From a virus (Duplodnaviria; Caudoviricetes), in IMG/VR virus record IMGVR_UViG_642918914_000001, positions 32,001 to 96,000 of that record: a stretch of 64,000 bases of DNA. One strand, 5' to 3'. Each line of letters begins with the position of its first letter. Within the stretch, counting starts at the first letter, position 1. The translations under genes were made by a program, and so were the position numbers. Shown one piece after another: positions 54,825 to 63,607 of this stretch. The notes beneath the pieces were generated by a model. It did not search any database, was not told where the DNA came from, and saw only the letters and a program-made list of their open reading frames with translations.

Positions 54825-55383
54825 ATGAGCACCGTCAACTTCCCCTTCTCAGTACCAGTCAATTACTATACAGGAACTGGCATCAGTGCGCAGTTGTTTC
54901 GCTCTGAGTTCTACACGAATCTGCCAGTTACCACACAACATGTTGTAGCAGTCGCTACCACGGACACTGGAACCGCGCCCGCAGGTCTTTACCTGTTCCA
55001 AGGTCAAACGTGGCAGCTTGCCATACCATACGACAATCTCAATGATTTCATCATCGCAGGAGTATGGTCTGTACACTGACGGATCCATCTACTACGAGAT
55101 CGTGCTGAACGGAACGTTGACCGCTTCGTCATTCGCCAGTGCTGGGAACACGAGTCTAGCGTTGATCGACACGGCGGCTACCGGCATCACGGGAGGCCAA
55201 GTGGTGAAGTCGGGATACTTGTCAACGAACACTCGCATCAGTTCGTTCGCTCAGATCCAGCTGTATTTCCCACTGGTCTACAGCAGCTTGCTCAACACGC
55301 AAGACACGCTGACGGTTGTCGCCACCCAGATTACGACCAACTCGCACGCCGCAGCTACGATCGGCTGGAGTGAGTACTACTGA
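54825..55383 (+). pseudogene. virion-protein-like gene broken into two out-of-frame parts (54825-55079 and ~55056-55383)
   Basis: First part has RBS and ATG; second part lacks a good start and reads like a C-terminal beta domain. Confidence 0.5.
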
Positions 55384-55390
55384 CGCATTC

Positions 55391-55403
55391 TGCAATTTGA
55401 TGG
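55391..55403 (+). promoter_or_regulatory. putative late promoter TGCAATTTGATGG
   Basis: Recurrent motif. Confidence 0.65.
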
Positions 55404-55458
55404 TATAACCCTCCGAGGTTCACTTCCGAAACATCCTGTTCACTTGACAGAGGAATTC

Positions 55459-55629
55459 ATGGATACCAATACCATTTCGATCACCGACTACCAAATGGTG
55501 AACAAGCGTCTGGCTCGCGTGGTCGTCGCTTTCACCGGCAACATGCAGAAGGAAGAAGTGCGCGATCGCATCGCTGAGCGCTTCGACAATCTGGCGACCG
55601 TGGTCCCCAACAGCTTCCAGGCCTGGTGA
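55459..55629 (+). CDS. hypothetical protein (possibly N-terminal part of 55626-56207)
   Basis: GAGG RBS + ATG; strong codon bias. Confidence 0.6.
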   Translation: MDTNTISITDYQMVNKRLARVVVAFTGNMQKEEVRDRIAERFDNLATVVPNSFQAW

Positions 55630-56207
55630 AGGCCAACGTGGCAGTCGGATTCCTGCGTGCCAACAAGGAAGTGCGCGTGGTCACCGAGAAGGAAGTCCGT
55701 GCATCGTATCGCACGCTGGCCTCCAACATCATGATGGACAACCGCGATCGCTCGCTGTGGGAAGTCAAGGAAGGCGACGGCGGCAAGTACCTGGCCCGCC
55801 ACGGCCACGAAGATCTGAGCGAGCTGGTGAGCGCCAAGGTGCACCATCGCCAAGACATCCCGAAGGTGCATCACATCGCAACGGCTGCTGCAGTCGCCGG
55901 TGAGTTCGCCACGTTCGTCAGCAAGACTGGCGAAGTGGAACACGGCTTCGTTCTGCAGGCCAACGCCACTCACGCCAAGGTGTTGCCGATCTCCACTCGT
56001 GTGCCGGAAGTCGTGGCCAACGTGCAGATCACCCAGCTGTCGCGCGTTCCGGTCCGTAAGTCGGTCCACGCGCAGATCGTGAAGGCTGGCATCATCTCGG
56101 CCGAGGAGAAGGCCAAGTCCAAGGAGTACTACGAGAAGCTGTACGGGTACGACGCCGACTATCTGGCGCAGGTCATCAACGAAATCGAGACGACGACCTT
56201 CGTCTAA
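55626..56207 (+). CDS. putative virion protein
   Basis: Strong codon bias; GTGA overlap without a clear RBS. Confidence 0.7.
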   Translation: MKANVAVGFLRANKEVRVVTEKEVRASYRTLASNIMMDNRDRSLWEVKEGDGGKYLARHGHEDLSELVSAKVHHRQDIPKVHHIATAAAVAGEFATFVSKTGEVEHGFVLQANATHAKVLPISTRVPEVVANVQITQLSRVPVRKSVHAQIVKAGIISAEEKAKSKEYYEKLYGYDADYLAQVINEIETTTFV

Positions 56208-56220
56208 GCCGTGCCCAACG

Positions 56221-56250
56221 AAAAAGCCCCGCTAAATAGCGGGGCTTTTT
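56221..56250. terminator. bidirectional intrinsic terminator
   Basis: AAAAAGCCCCGCT-AAAT-AGCGGGGCTTTTT between convergent gene blocks. Confidence 0.9.
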
Positions 56251-56261
56251 GCTTTGCTGCT

Positions 56262-56810
56262 TCAGTGAAGAATGCGCGGCACAGTCTGCTCGTCTTCATC
56301 GTCGCACGTGCAGTGCTTGGCGCAGGCCCCACAATCACCACAGATGGGGCCGCTGTGCTCTTCTTCATCCAACGTGGAAATCACGTCAATGACTTCATCG
56401 TCATCGTCGCTGTCCTCGTTGTCCTCCTCGTAAGGCAAATCCAGCAGCACCTCCTCTAGGATTTCGGCCTCCTCTTCTGGGTTCATCATGCACTGCGCTT
56501 CGGAGATCAGCTCCTGAAGCGAGTAGTAGCGCTTGTCAACCGGCATGCCGTCGCCGTCCCGCACTGCAAGCCCCTGATGCAAACAGTGCAGCGCATTCTT
56601 GGCACTCGCCGCCCACATGATGATCAGGAATTCAAACACCCCGTGCGGCAGCGGATCCGTCGGCTTCTTGCCAAGTGCCTTGAGCAGCAGGTCTTGCATA
56701 CTGATCAGCCATTCGAGGAACTCCGACTGAATGGGGCGCTCGGTATCCGCGTGCGGCCCCTCTTCATCCCATTCCTTCGCCTTCTTCAGCAGCTCAGTCA
56801 GAATCGCCAT
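56262..56810 (-). CDS. hypothetical protein with acidic tail and Cys cluster
   Basis: AAGGA RBS; CGDCGACAKHCTC. Confidence 0.7.
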   Translation of the reverse strand: MAILTELLKKAKEWDEEGPHADTERPIQSEFLEWLISMQDLLLKALGKKPTDPLPHGVFEFLIIMWAASAKNALHCLHQGLAVRDGDGMPVDKRYYSLQELISEAQCMMNPEEEAEILEEVLLDLPYEEDNEDSDDDDEVIDVISTLDEEEHSGPICGDCGACAKHCTCDDEDEQTVPRILH

Positions 56811-56812
56811 GT

Positions 56813-57028
56813 CTATTCCTTCTTGGGTAACATCGGTACTTCGTCTTCCACGTCGCCGGGAGCGATCACGAGATTGAGATAGCCCGCAGGCAGCGGTTCA
56901 CTGCCCGCTACATCCATCAGCGTAACGGCGCCGTTCGCGTCGCGCGTTCCGTACCAGTACTCATGCTTGAGAAGCAGAGGAAAGTACGCAACGACCGCGG
57001 CACTGGGTTTGATCTTGAAGTAGGGCAT
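56813..57028 (-). CDS. hypothetical protein
   Basis: Tightly packed in the operon. Confidence 0.65.
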   Translation of the reverse strand: MPYFKIKPSAAVVAYFPLLLKHEYWYGTRDANGAVTLMDVAGSEPLPAGYLNLVIAPGDVEDEVPMLPKKE

Positions 57029-57030
57029 GG

Positions 57031-58374
57031 TTAGAGGTCTGATGCTAGGTTGGGTACTTTGCTCACATCCTTGGACTTCTTGCCTTCACCGTCGATGGTG
57101 CCCAAGGCTGCGACGTCGGTCTGCGACACGTCATACACTCGCATGGTCGCGTAGTCGATGCGCACGGTGAACGGATACGACTGGCTGTTACGAGACTTAG
57201 GTTGCTCGATTGGCGTGATGCCAGTCTCCTTCGACTCTTTGGATGCAACCCACGTGAAGCTGTTGGAGCTATGTTCGGTGATCGCACGGCTGTAGCGGAT
57301 CTGGCCCGTATCGGACAACTGAGCAACGAGGATGTTGATGCAGTTCTCGTTCTCAGCGTTGATCTTGCACTGACGGGCGATGCCACCCAGAACCTGCCAT
57401 GCGTTGTCACCGTCCACTCCCTTCAGCAGCGAGATATAGTCGATGATCTTCGCGTCATACTTGTAGGCGGCGGTAGCTGACAACAGCTGATCGATCGTCA
57501 TGTCCTCTGACGGCTTGAACACGGTGAATCGACCGCCTGCGGCCTTTACCTTCTTCTCCCAGAGACGATGCCGACGGAACACCATGTCCTTCTCGGCTTG
57601 CGTCATCTTCTGGGTGATGATCTTGGTCAGATTCATCTTCGATGTGTAGGCCATGGCCCGGCACATCATTTCCCGATGCGACATTTCGAGCGGCACCATG
57701 AGCACCTTGTAGCCCATGCGCGCCATGTTCATGCCGATGTTCATCGTGAAGGTGGACTTGCCACCGCCAGACGTGGCAGCGACCGTCACCAGACCACCAC
57801 GCGCCAGTCCGCCGTTCACATCGTCGAACGCCTTGATGCCTGTCGGGATCAGATCTTCGCTGTTGTCTTCATACAGGATGCTCTTAACGATCTTGGACGT
57901 GTTGTTGTTACGTCCAAGATGCAGGAAGCTCTCGTCCGTCGACTTCCGACTGTTGACCAGATTGAACGCATGACCCACTTCCTGCGCTAGACGACTGATG
58001 TCGACCTTCGGCTTCTGGAATTCCTCGTTGATGTGGGCCGCGATGTTGTAGAAGCCGCGACCCTGCCGGAAGTGGTTGAGCATGGACACGGCCTTCTCGG
58101 CCTCGGCGCGTGTCTGGATGGTTGCTTGGCTGTTGCGTAGGTGGTCCCGTGCCTGATCGCTCAGATGTGGGTCCTCTACCAACAATCGGTAGGTTGGCGC
58201 TTCACCTGTTCGCGCCATATGCCCACTGATCGCCTCGTACACCTCGATCGACTCGGGGCTGTAGAAGTACGTATCGTCGACGGAAGAGATGAGGGTACCT
58301 GCAACCGTCTTGTCTTTGTGACACATCCCCCGGAGAACCGCAAGTTCTGCGCGGGGCGAAACGAGTTTCGCCAT
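57031..58374 (-). CDS. dnaB: replicative DNA helicase (DnaB family)
   Basis: AELAVL N-terminus, IPTGIKAFD..NGGL, ATSGGGKS, PLEMS, IIDYISLL, VAQL, KSRN. Confidence 0.92.
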   Translation of the reverse strand: MAKLVSPRAELAVLRGMCHKDKTVAGTLISSVDDTYFYSPESIEVYEAISGHMARTGEAPTYRLLVEDPHLSDQARDHLRNSQATIQTRAEAEKAVSMLNHFRQGRGFYNIAAHINEEFQKPKVDISRLAQEVGHAFNLVNSRKSTDESFLHLGRNNNTSKIVKSILYEDNSEDLIPTGIKAFDDVNGGLARGGLVTVAATSGGGKSTFTMNIGMNMARMGYKVLMVPLEMSHREMMCRAMAYTSKMNLTKIITQKMTQAEKDMVFRRHRLWEKKVKAAGGRFTVFKPSEDMTIDQLLSATAAYKYDAKIIDYISLLKGVDGDNAWQVLGGIARQCKINAENENCINILVAQLSDTGQIRYSRAITEHSSNSFTWVASKESKETGITPIEQPKSRNSQSYPFTVRIDYATMRVYDVSQTDVAALGTIDGEGKKSKDVSKVPNLASDL

Positions 58375-58389
58375 GGTAGTTCTTATGTG

Positions 58390-58566
58390 TTACTGGTCAG
58401 TGTTGCTATTTACAGGCGGCGGTTCAGCGACCACGTGTGACTGGATCAGTTCGCCGTTCGGCGTGCGATCAAACACCATTGACAGCTGAGCTTCAATCGG
58501 TTCACCGTCCTTGGCCGTCAACAGCCCGCGCCCTGTGCACCGGTTCATGTCCACAATCCAGTTCAT
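58390..58566 (-). CDS. small hypothetical protein
   Basis: GGAGG + ATG overlapping upstream stop. Confidence 0.55.
   Translation of the reverse strand: MNWIVDMNRCTGRGLLTAKDGEPIEAQLSMVFDRTPNGELIQSHVVAEPPPVNSNTDQ
58406..58413 (-). promoter_or_regulatory. GTAAATAG promoter-like motif upstream of dnaB
   Basis: CTATTTAC on + strand, about 30 nt before the dnaB start. Confidence 0.55.
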
Positions 58567-59288
58567 AGCACCTCCACTTTCTTCTTCACGAGCTGCTCGC
58601 TGAAGTACGCAAGGCTGTGACACGGAACGTGCAGCACTGTGCTACACAGCGAGATGGGATCGGTACCTGCACCCACGACGATGCGCGGCACATACGAGAA
58701 CTTGTCCAGCAGATCACGCGCCTTCTCTACCTTTTGGCCTCCGCTGTTCACTGCCAGATTGGTCAGCACGATGAGCGTGGGCGGTGCCTGCAGTCCGCTG
58801 TCGTACTTGTTGAGCAGCGGATTGTCAAACCCTCCGTAGACCGGCCACCACACGATATTAGCTTTCGGCCCAAGCTGCTTCACATGCTGGAACGCGAGCC
58901 ACGCTGCGAAGTAGCGTGCCTTCACCTCGTCGGGATTGCCACACACGGTGTAGATGATGGGCAGTGTTGCGTCCTTCAGCCAGCGGCGCATACTGTCATT
59001 CTGCGTCTCGGCTTCCACGATCTTCTCGTTCAGCCGTTCGCTTTCCAGCGCAAATGGCACCGGATCCCAGCGGAACTTGGGCTGCTGCCACGTGCTGCGC
59101 GGTACCACATTCATCTCGTCAGTGCGCGGCACGTCAATGGCACGTGGCAGTTCGCCGGGTTCTGCTTCTGGGCGGGCACGCTTGCGAGCGGCGACCTGTG
59201 GCTCGTACTCGACTTCCATCGTCTTCTTGCGCGGAGGTGTGAACGGCTTTCCACGCTGACGATTCGTATTTCCTTTGATTGCGAGCAT
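58563..59288 (-). CDS. hypothetical protein, possible degenerate P-loop helicase loader
   Basis: Alpha/beta pattern (YTVCG, LIVLTN, RIVVG) next to dnaB; no intact Walker A. Confidence 0.55.
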   Translation of the reverse strand: MLAIKGNTNRQRGKPFTPPRKKTMEVEYEPQVAARKRARPEAEPGELPRAIDVPRTDEMNVVPRSTWQQPKFRWDPVPFALESERLNEKIVEAETQNDSMRRWLKDATLPIIYTVCGNPDEVKARYFAAWLAFQHVKQLGPKANIVWWPVYGGFDNPLLNKYDSGLQAPPTLIVLTNLAVNSGGQKVEKARDLLDKFSYVPRIVVGAGTDPISLCSTVLHVPCHSLAYFSEQLVKKKVEVL

Positions 59289-59290
59289 AG

Positions 59291-59503
59291 TTAGATGGGA
59301 ATGTGGATTTCGACCTGAAGCGTATCCGGCATTTTGCCGTTGAGGTTGGCGACTGCCAGCTCAAACGTAGGACCGGTACCCGTTACATCCGGACCCGTCC
59401 TATCATCTGTGTACAGGGTGATGGTATGCTGCCCACCTTCTTCCACGTGCTTGTAGTCGGCTGCGGTCAGTTGGAAGTTGTTGATCTTCAGCGTTGGGGT
59501 CAT
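59291..59503 (-). CDS. hypothetical protein
   Basis: GGAG RBS; ATGA coupling. Confidence 0.65.
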   Translation of the reverse strand: MTPTLKINNFQLTAADYKHVEEGGQHTITLYTDDRTGPDVTGTGPTFELAVANLNGKMPDTLQVEIHIPI

Positions 59504-61029
59504 AGCTCCACCTTCATCTTTTGGTCTTTGCCTGCCAAATAGTCCTTCAGCGTCTGCTCATCAACGCGGGAGATTATGGGCTTGAACACCGGTTTCAGCA
59601 CCTGCCAGAACTCGGTACGCATGCACGCACGACGGATCTGCACATCATCCAGGAACAGGCGGATGATGGGCTGTGGCTTGCCATCGAACGGTGTGAGCAC
59701 GCGACTGAACCGCTGATTGGCGTTCGGCAGATTGCTGCTGGGCGTTACCTCGTACAAGGCGCTGGCCCGTGGGATGTTGGTACCCGTGGACAGCAACTTG
59801 ATGTTGCCAACGAGGATCTTGATGCGATACGTTCGCGCCTGCTGCAGGAACTTGTCGCGCTGATCCTTCTTCAAGCCGCCGAAGAACGGCTGTGCAATGG
59901 TCTTGCCTGCCATCTTGTTGATGGCCATGACCAGTGCCTTGATGGGGGTGATCTGCGCGAATGGGATCAACACCATGTGCCCGTTCTTCGCGTCCTTGAT
60001 CGCCCACTTGGCTATCAGCTTGAGGCGTGCTGGATCCTTCTCCAGACCAGACACCATACGCGTCCACATTACCTGACCCTTGGACGGTCGTGTGTAGCCG
60101 GTACGCACCAGTCGTACTTCAGGACGCAGGCGCTCGATCTTGGCCTCGTAAATCACAGGCCCCATGATGTCCCGCATCAGCACATAGCGGCCATCCTTAC
60201 GATCAGGCGTACCACTCAAGCCGATCTTCCAGCGGCAGTTCAGCTTGTTGAGGATCGACGCATACTGAGGAGCGGCCCCCGTATGAATCTCGTCGACCAT
60301 CACCACCGAAAACATGTCCCGGACCGCGCGAAGTAGTTTCTGCCCGGCTTCGCTGTAGAAGGTTTGGACGGTGACCAGGCAGATGTCGTACTTCTCGAAG
60401 TCTGCGAGTCGCTTTGCAATGCCGATCTGACTGGGTCGGCAAGTGGTAAGTGCTTCCTGCGTTTTTGAGCCAACGAAGGTCTCCTTGAAGCCCAACAGCC
60501 ACTCTCGCTGCGACGCCAGGATCATGGTCTTCTTGCCAATCTTGCAGATGGCCGCAGCACCCATAACAGTCTTACCACTACGCGGAGGCGCCTTGATCAC
60601 GCCTCGACGTTTCTCGATGATCGCTTGTACTGCCTCTTCCTGATACTTGCCCTTATACCGACCGGTGAATCGGATGCGACGTTCCATGGGCACGTCTGGG
60701 AAGTGCGACTTGACCTTGTACTCAACGCCCTCGCGATCCAGCACTTTAGACAGCGCACTCCAGTTACCGGTGGGCGTCTTCAGGTAACGCTTCTTGCCAA
60801 TCTTCACGGTCTCGCATAGACGAGCACCGCCTTGAAATGCTGCACACTCCTCGCACGTAGGCGTGATCTTGGTTTCGGACTGCAGTCGATCTTGCTTGAA
60901 CTCGCACTCGTTGCACGCCTTCTCGTTGAAGAAGTAGTGGGTGAAACTGTGCACCAGATCTTCTTGTACTGCGTTGGGGATCGCCTTCTTCGGGATGAAG
61001 AAGGACTCGCGTGCGTGGATGGTGATCAT
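59500..61029 (-). CDS. SF2 DNA helicase (UvsW/XPB-like)
   Basis: YQEEAV, APPRSGKT, VDEIH, LSGTP, STGTNIP, QRFSRVLT. Confidence 0.9.
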   Translation of the reverse strand: MITIHARESFFIPKKAIPNAVQEDLVHSFTHYFFNEKACNECEFKQDRLQSETKITPTCEECAAFQGGARLCETVKIGKKRYLKTPTGNWSALSKVLDREGVEYKVKSHFPDVPMERRIRFTGRYKGKYQEEAVQAIIEKRRGVIKAPPRSGKTVMGAAAICKIGKKTMILASQREWLLGFKETFVGSKTQEALTTCRPSQIGIAKRLADFEKYDICLVTVQTFYSEAGQKLLRAVRDMFSVVMVDEIHTGAAPQYASILNKLNCRWKIGLSGTPDRKDGRYVLMRDIMGPVIYEAKIERLRPEVRLVRTGYTRPSKGQVMWTRMVSGLEKDPARLKLIAKWAIKDAKNGHMVLIPFAQITPIKALVMAINKMAGKTIAQPFFGGLKKDQRDKFLQQARTYRIKILVGNIKLLSTGTNIPRASALYEVTPSSNLPNANQRFSRVLTPFDGKPQPIIRLFLDDVQIRRACMRTEFWQVLKPVFKPIISRVDEQTLKDYLAGKDQKMKVEL

Positions 61030-61032
61030 CCG

Positions 61033-61467
61033 TTAAGCCTTCTTCACGGTGAGAGTGACTTGCGTTGCCTCGCGGATGGTGTTGAGGTCCAGCGCCTGGA
61101 TCAACAGCTTGTCGAAACCCATGACATTGGTTGACGTCTCGGTGGCGGTCGACACTTCCAAGCGCAAAGTGTAGGGGTCCAACAGCGCGGGCTGTTCGCG
61201 CATCACCGCCTGCAGATCCAGCATCAGGCGCAGGGCCACGTCCTGCGTGGCAACCACCGTCCGCTTGTACGTGGTCAGGTCCTGGATGTACTCGACCAAG
61301 TCGGCGAGCGCCGCACTTGGCATGAAACTGTGGCCCGTGATCACAGCCTTGTCATAAGCCGACAGGTCGGCCGTGGATCGTACGCTGATGGCGCCGAGTA
61401 CAGAGAACGCGAGCAACGTGTACGATGTGCCTTGGACGTCGGTGCGGATCAGGAAGTGCTTTTGCAT
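61033..61467 (-). CDS. hypothetical protein
   Basis: AAGGA RBS. Confidence 0.7.
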   Translation of the reverse strand: MQKHFLIRTDVQGTSYTLLAFSVLGAISVRSTADLSAYDKAVITGHSFMPSAALADLVEYIQDLTTYKRTVVATQDVALRLMLDLQAVMREQPALLDPYTLRLEVSTATETSTNVMGFDKLLIQALDLNTIREATQVTLTVKKA

Positions 61468-61476
61468 GATGTGTCC

Positions 61477-62037
61477 TTAGATGACCTTGCCGCCTTGCGA
61501 CTGCGACAAGAGTGCCATGCTGTCGCGAAGCGTAGAGATGTGGTAGGAAGCCTTGTCGATGTCACCGATGATGGCATCGCACAGGCTGAGCAGGTCCTGA
61601 CCGTCGGTGATCAGGGTGTTGGCCGCTTTCTGCACACGGCGAATGAGCGCAGTGCGTTGCGCCTGATTGCTGTATTTACGCAGATGGCTATCGTACTGAG
61701 TGATCACGTGGCTCTGGATACTCTCCATTGCCTTCTCGACGACCTGGATGTGATAGCTGGCCTTTACCCGAATCTCGACGATACGCGAGCGTGCCTGCAT
61801 GTCGTTGGCCGCTGCGTTCATCAGACTGCTGGGGTTGTACATCTTGCTGGAGTACAGCTTGCGAGCGGTACGTGCGCTATGCAAGGCGAACACCTCGTTG
61901 CGATCCTTCTCGATGTCCAGTTTCTCTTCAGCCTTCTGCACAATGCGTCGGAAGGTTTTGTATGTGGGGTCGCTTCGGATCGTCGACAACAGACTGTCGA
62001 TGTCCACCCCATCTTTCTGTACGCGAGCCATTGCCAT
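61477..62037 (-). CDS. helical hypothetical protein (position and size like a recombination mediator)
   Basis: AAGGA RBS; all-helical; near SF2 helicase. Confidence 0.65.
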   Translation of the reverse strand: MAMARVQKDGVDIDSLLSTIRSDPTYKTFRRIVQKAEEKLDIEKDRNEVFALHSARTARKLYSSKMYNPSSLMNAAANDMQARSRIVEIRVKASYHIQVVEKAMESIQSHVITQYDSHLRKYSNQAQRTALIRRVQKAANTLITDGQDLLSLCDAIIGDIDKASYHISTLRDSMALLSQSQGGKVI

Positions 62038-62048
62038 TCCTTGTCGGC

Positions 62049-62441
62049 CTACTGTTCTTCGAAGATTTCCTGCACCCGCTGATTGGCCTGTGGGCACAGC
62101 AGAAGCGTTCCCTTGTTGGGATAGTTGTAGATGATGAGGTGATCGGTCTTCAGCATGACCTCAACGTTGGCAGCTTTACCCGCCTGACTGTTGAGATGCG
62201 CCACCACGAAAGTGCCCCGATTCACAGTGTGGAACTGCGAGCGGAACCAGTAGCCCACACGCTCGTTGTCCACCACGCGACGCAGCCAGAATGCATCGAA
62301 CATGCATCCGTTTAGGGGAATCGGCTGGTCGACGATCACTGTGCAGGGATCGGTCACCTCCTTGAACAGGGCAAACCCTTCGCCAAGTGCGTAGAACAGG
62401 GTGGGCACCGCCACCAACGACAACTCCATTCGCTGCTCCAT
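62049..62441 (-). CDS. hypothetical protein
   Basis: GGAG RBS. Confidence 0.65.
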   Translation of the reverse strand: MEQRMELSLVAVPTLFYALGEGFALFKEVTDPCTVIVDQPIPLNGCMFDAFWLRRVVDNERVGYWFRSQFHTVNRGTFVVAHLNSQAGKAANVEVMLKTDHLIIYNYPNKGTLLLCPQANQRVQEIFEEQ

Positions 62442-62442
62442 G

Positions 62443-63510
62443 TTAGCTCTCCTGATTGAGTGCGATCACGGAATAGCTGTCGGCGCGCTTCACCATGAGG
62501 AACGCGTCGTCCACCACCTTCAGCTGAAGCTCATCGCCCGAACCCTTCACCGCTTCGGCAAAGAACTCGTAGTCGATCTTCAGACTGAAGTCGGCCGCGG
62601 TCTTTGCCTTGCACAGCGCCTTGACTTGACCATTGTTGGTGACCACAGACATTTGCAGCTTGCCGTTCTTGGCCGTGATGCCAAGCTCTGGCCGTTCTTT
62701 GGTGGCTACCGCACGTGCGTTATCGAGGAACGCCATAACGTCGGCCTTGACGGCGGTCACCTTTGACCCATCGGCCTTCACCGCTTCCTTGGCCTTTTCC
62801 AACACCGACTCGATGCTGATCACTTCATCACCGTCAGCGGACGGCAGACTGAGGGCCACCTGTACCATCTTGTTTGACACCCACAGACTGGACTTGGTCA
62901 GATGCAGAACGCAGTCTACGCCCTTGAACACGTCGAGCACGGCGCGCATCGTGTCGAAGGGCAACACAGTCTGGAGATCACCCTGCACGTCGGTCGAACG
63001 TGCGAACGCCATGTGCGCCTGATCATAGCACGCAACGAACGTGGACTTGGCGCCTGCTTGAATGGCAAGTGGCATGAAGCTGCCGCCGCTGGCTTTCAGG
63101 CCGATGCTGGTCACGGTCTTCAGCAGCCACGTGCTGAGGTCCGCGCTCAGCTTCCACTTCTTGGCCTCTTCTTCCGGCTTGAAGTCTTCGATTTCCAAGG
63201 CGTCAACGGTTGACAAGCTGGCTTTGTACCGACCATCAACCAGCGTGAGCACGCCCTTCACCAGTTCCAGGGTCACTTCTTTGCGGCCACGCACGCTGTC
63301 CGACAGCGCGCTGATGGGCAGTGCAAACGTGGCGTCACCTTGGACGGTGCCTGGCAACTGAACGCGACACCGCGACAGCTCACTCGACGAGTGAAGATAC
63401 AGGCGCTTGTCCGTGGCCTGCAGCGTTATGGTGCCGGTCATGGGCGGTGCCAAGAGACTAGCGATACGCACTGCCTCTTGGATGATGGAACATTCGACTT
63501 GGGCTTTCAT
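62443..63510 (-). CDS. DNA polymerase sliding clamp (beta-subunit-like)
   Basis: 355 aa with a three-fold repeated beta-alpha-beta pattern; FVACYDQAHMA, IDYEFFAEAV, YSVIAL C-terminus as in DnaN. Confidence 0.7.
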   Translation of the reverse strand: MKAQVECSIIQEAVRIASLLAPPMTGTITLQATDKRLYLHSSSELSRCRVQLPGTVQGDATFALPISALSDSVRGRKEVTLELVKGVLTLVDGRYKASLSTVDALEIEDFKPEEEAKKWKLSADLSTWLLKTVTSIGLKASGGSFMPLAIQAGAKSTFVACYDQAHMAFARSTDVQGDLQTVLPFDTMRAVLDVFKGVDCVLHLTKSSLWVSNKMVQVALSLPSADGDEVISIESVLEKAKEAVKADGSKVTAVKADVMAFLDNARAVATKERPELGITAKNGKLQMSVVTNNGQVKALCKAKTAADFSLKIDYEFFAEAVKGSGDELQLKVVDDAFLMVKRADSYSVIALNQES

Positions 63511-63537
63511 CTTGTGTTGGTTAGGTGGTATGTGCTT

Positions 63538-63545
63538 CTATTTAC
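63538..63545 (-). promoter_or_regulatory. GTAAATAG promoter-like motif upstream of the clamp operon
   Basis: CTATTTAC on + strand, about 28 nt before the start. Confidence 0.55.
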
Positions 63546-63607
63546 GGCGCGCCAGCTAAAAGCGGCTGGTCCCCTATTGAAGAAGACCAGCCGCCAGCGT
63601 CGTCGCC

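Noticed and set aside
56231-56240. CTAAATAG in the terminator loop as a GTAAATAG promoter copy
   Set aside because: Mismatch at the first base, and it lies between convergent genes where a bidirectional terminator explains the sequence.
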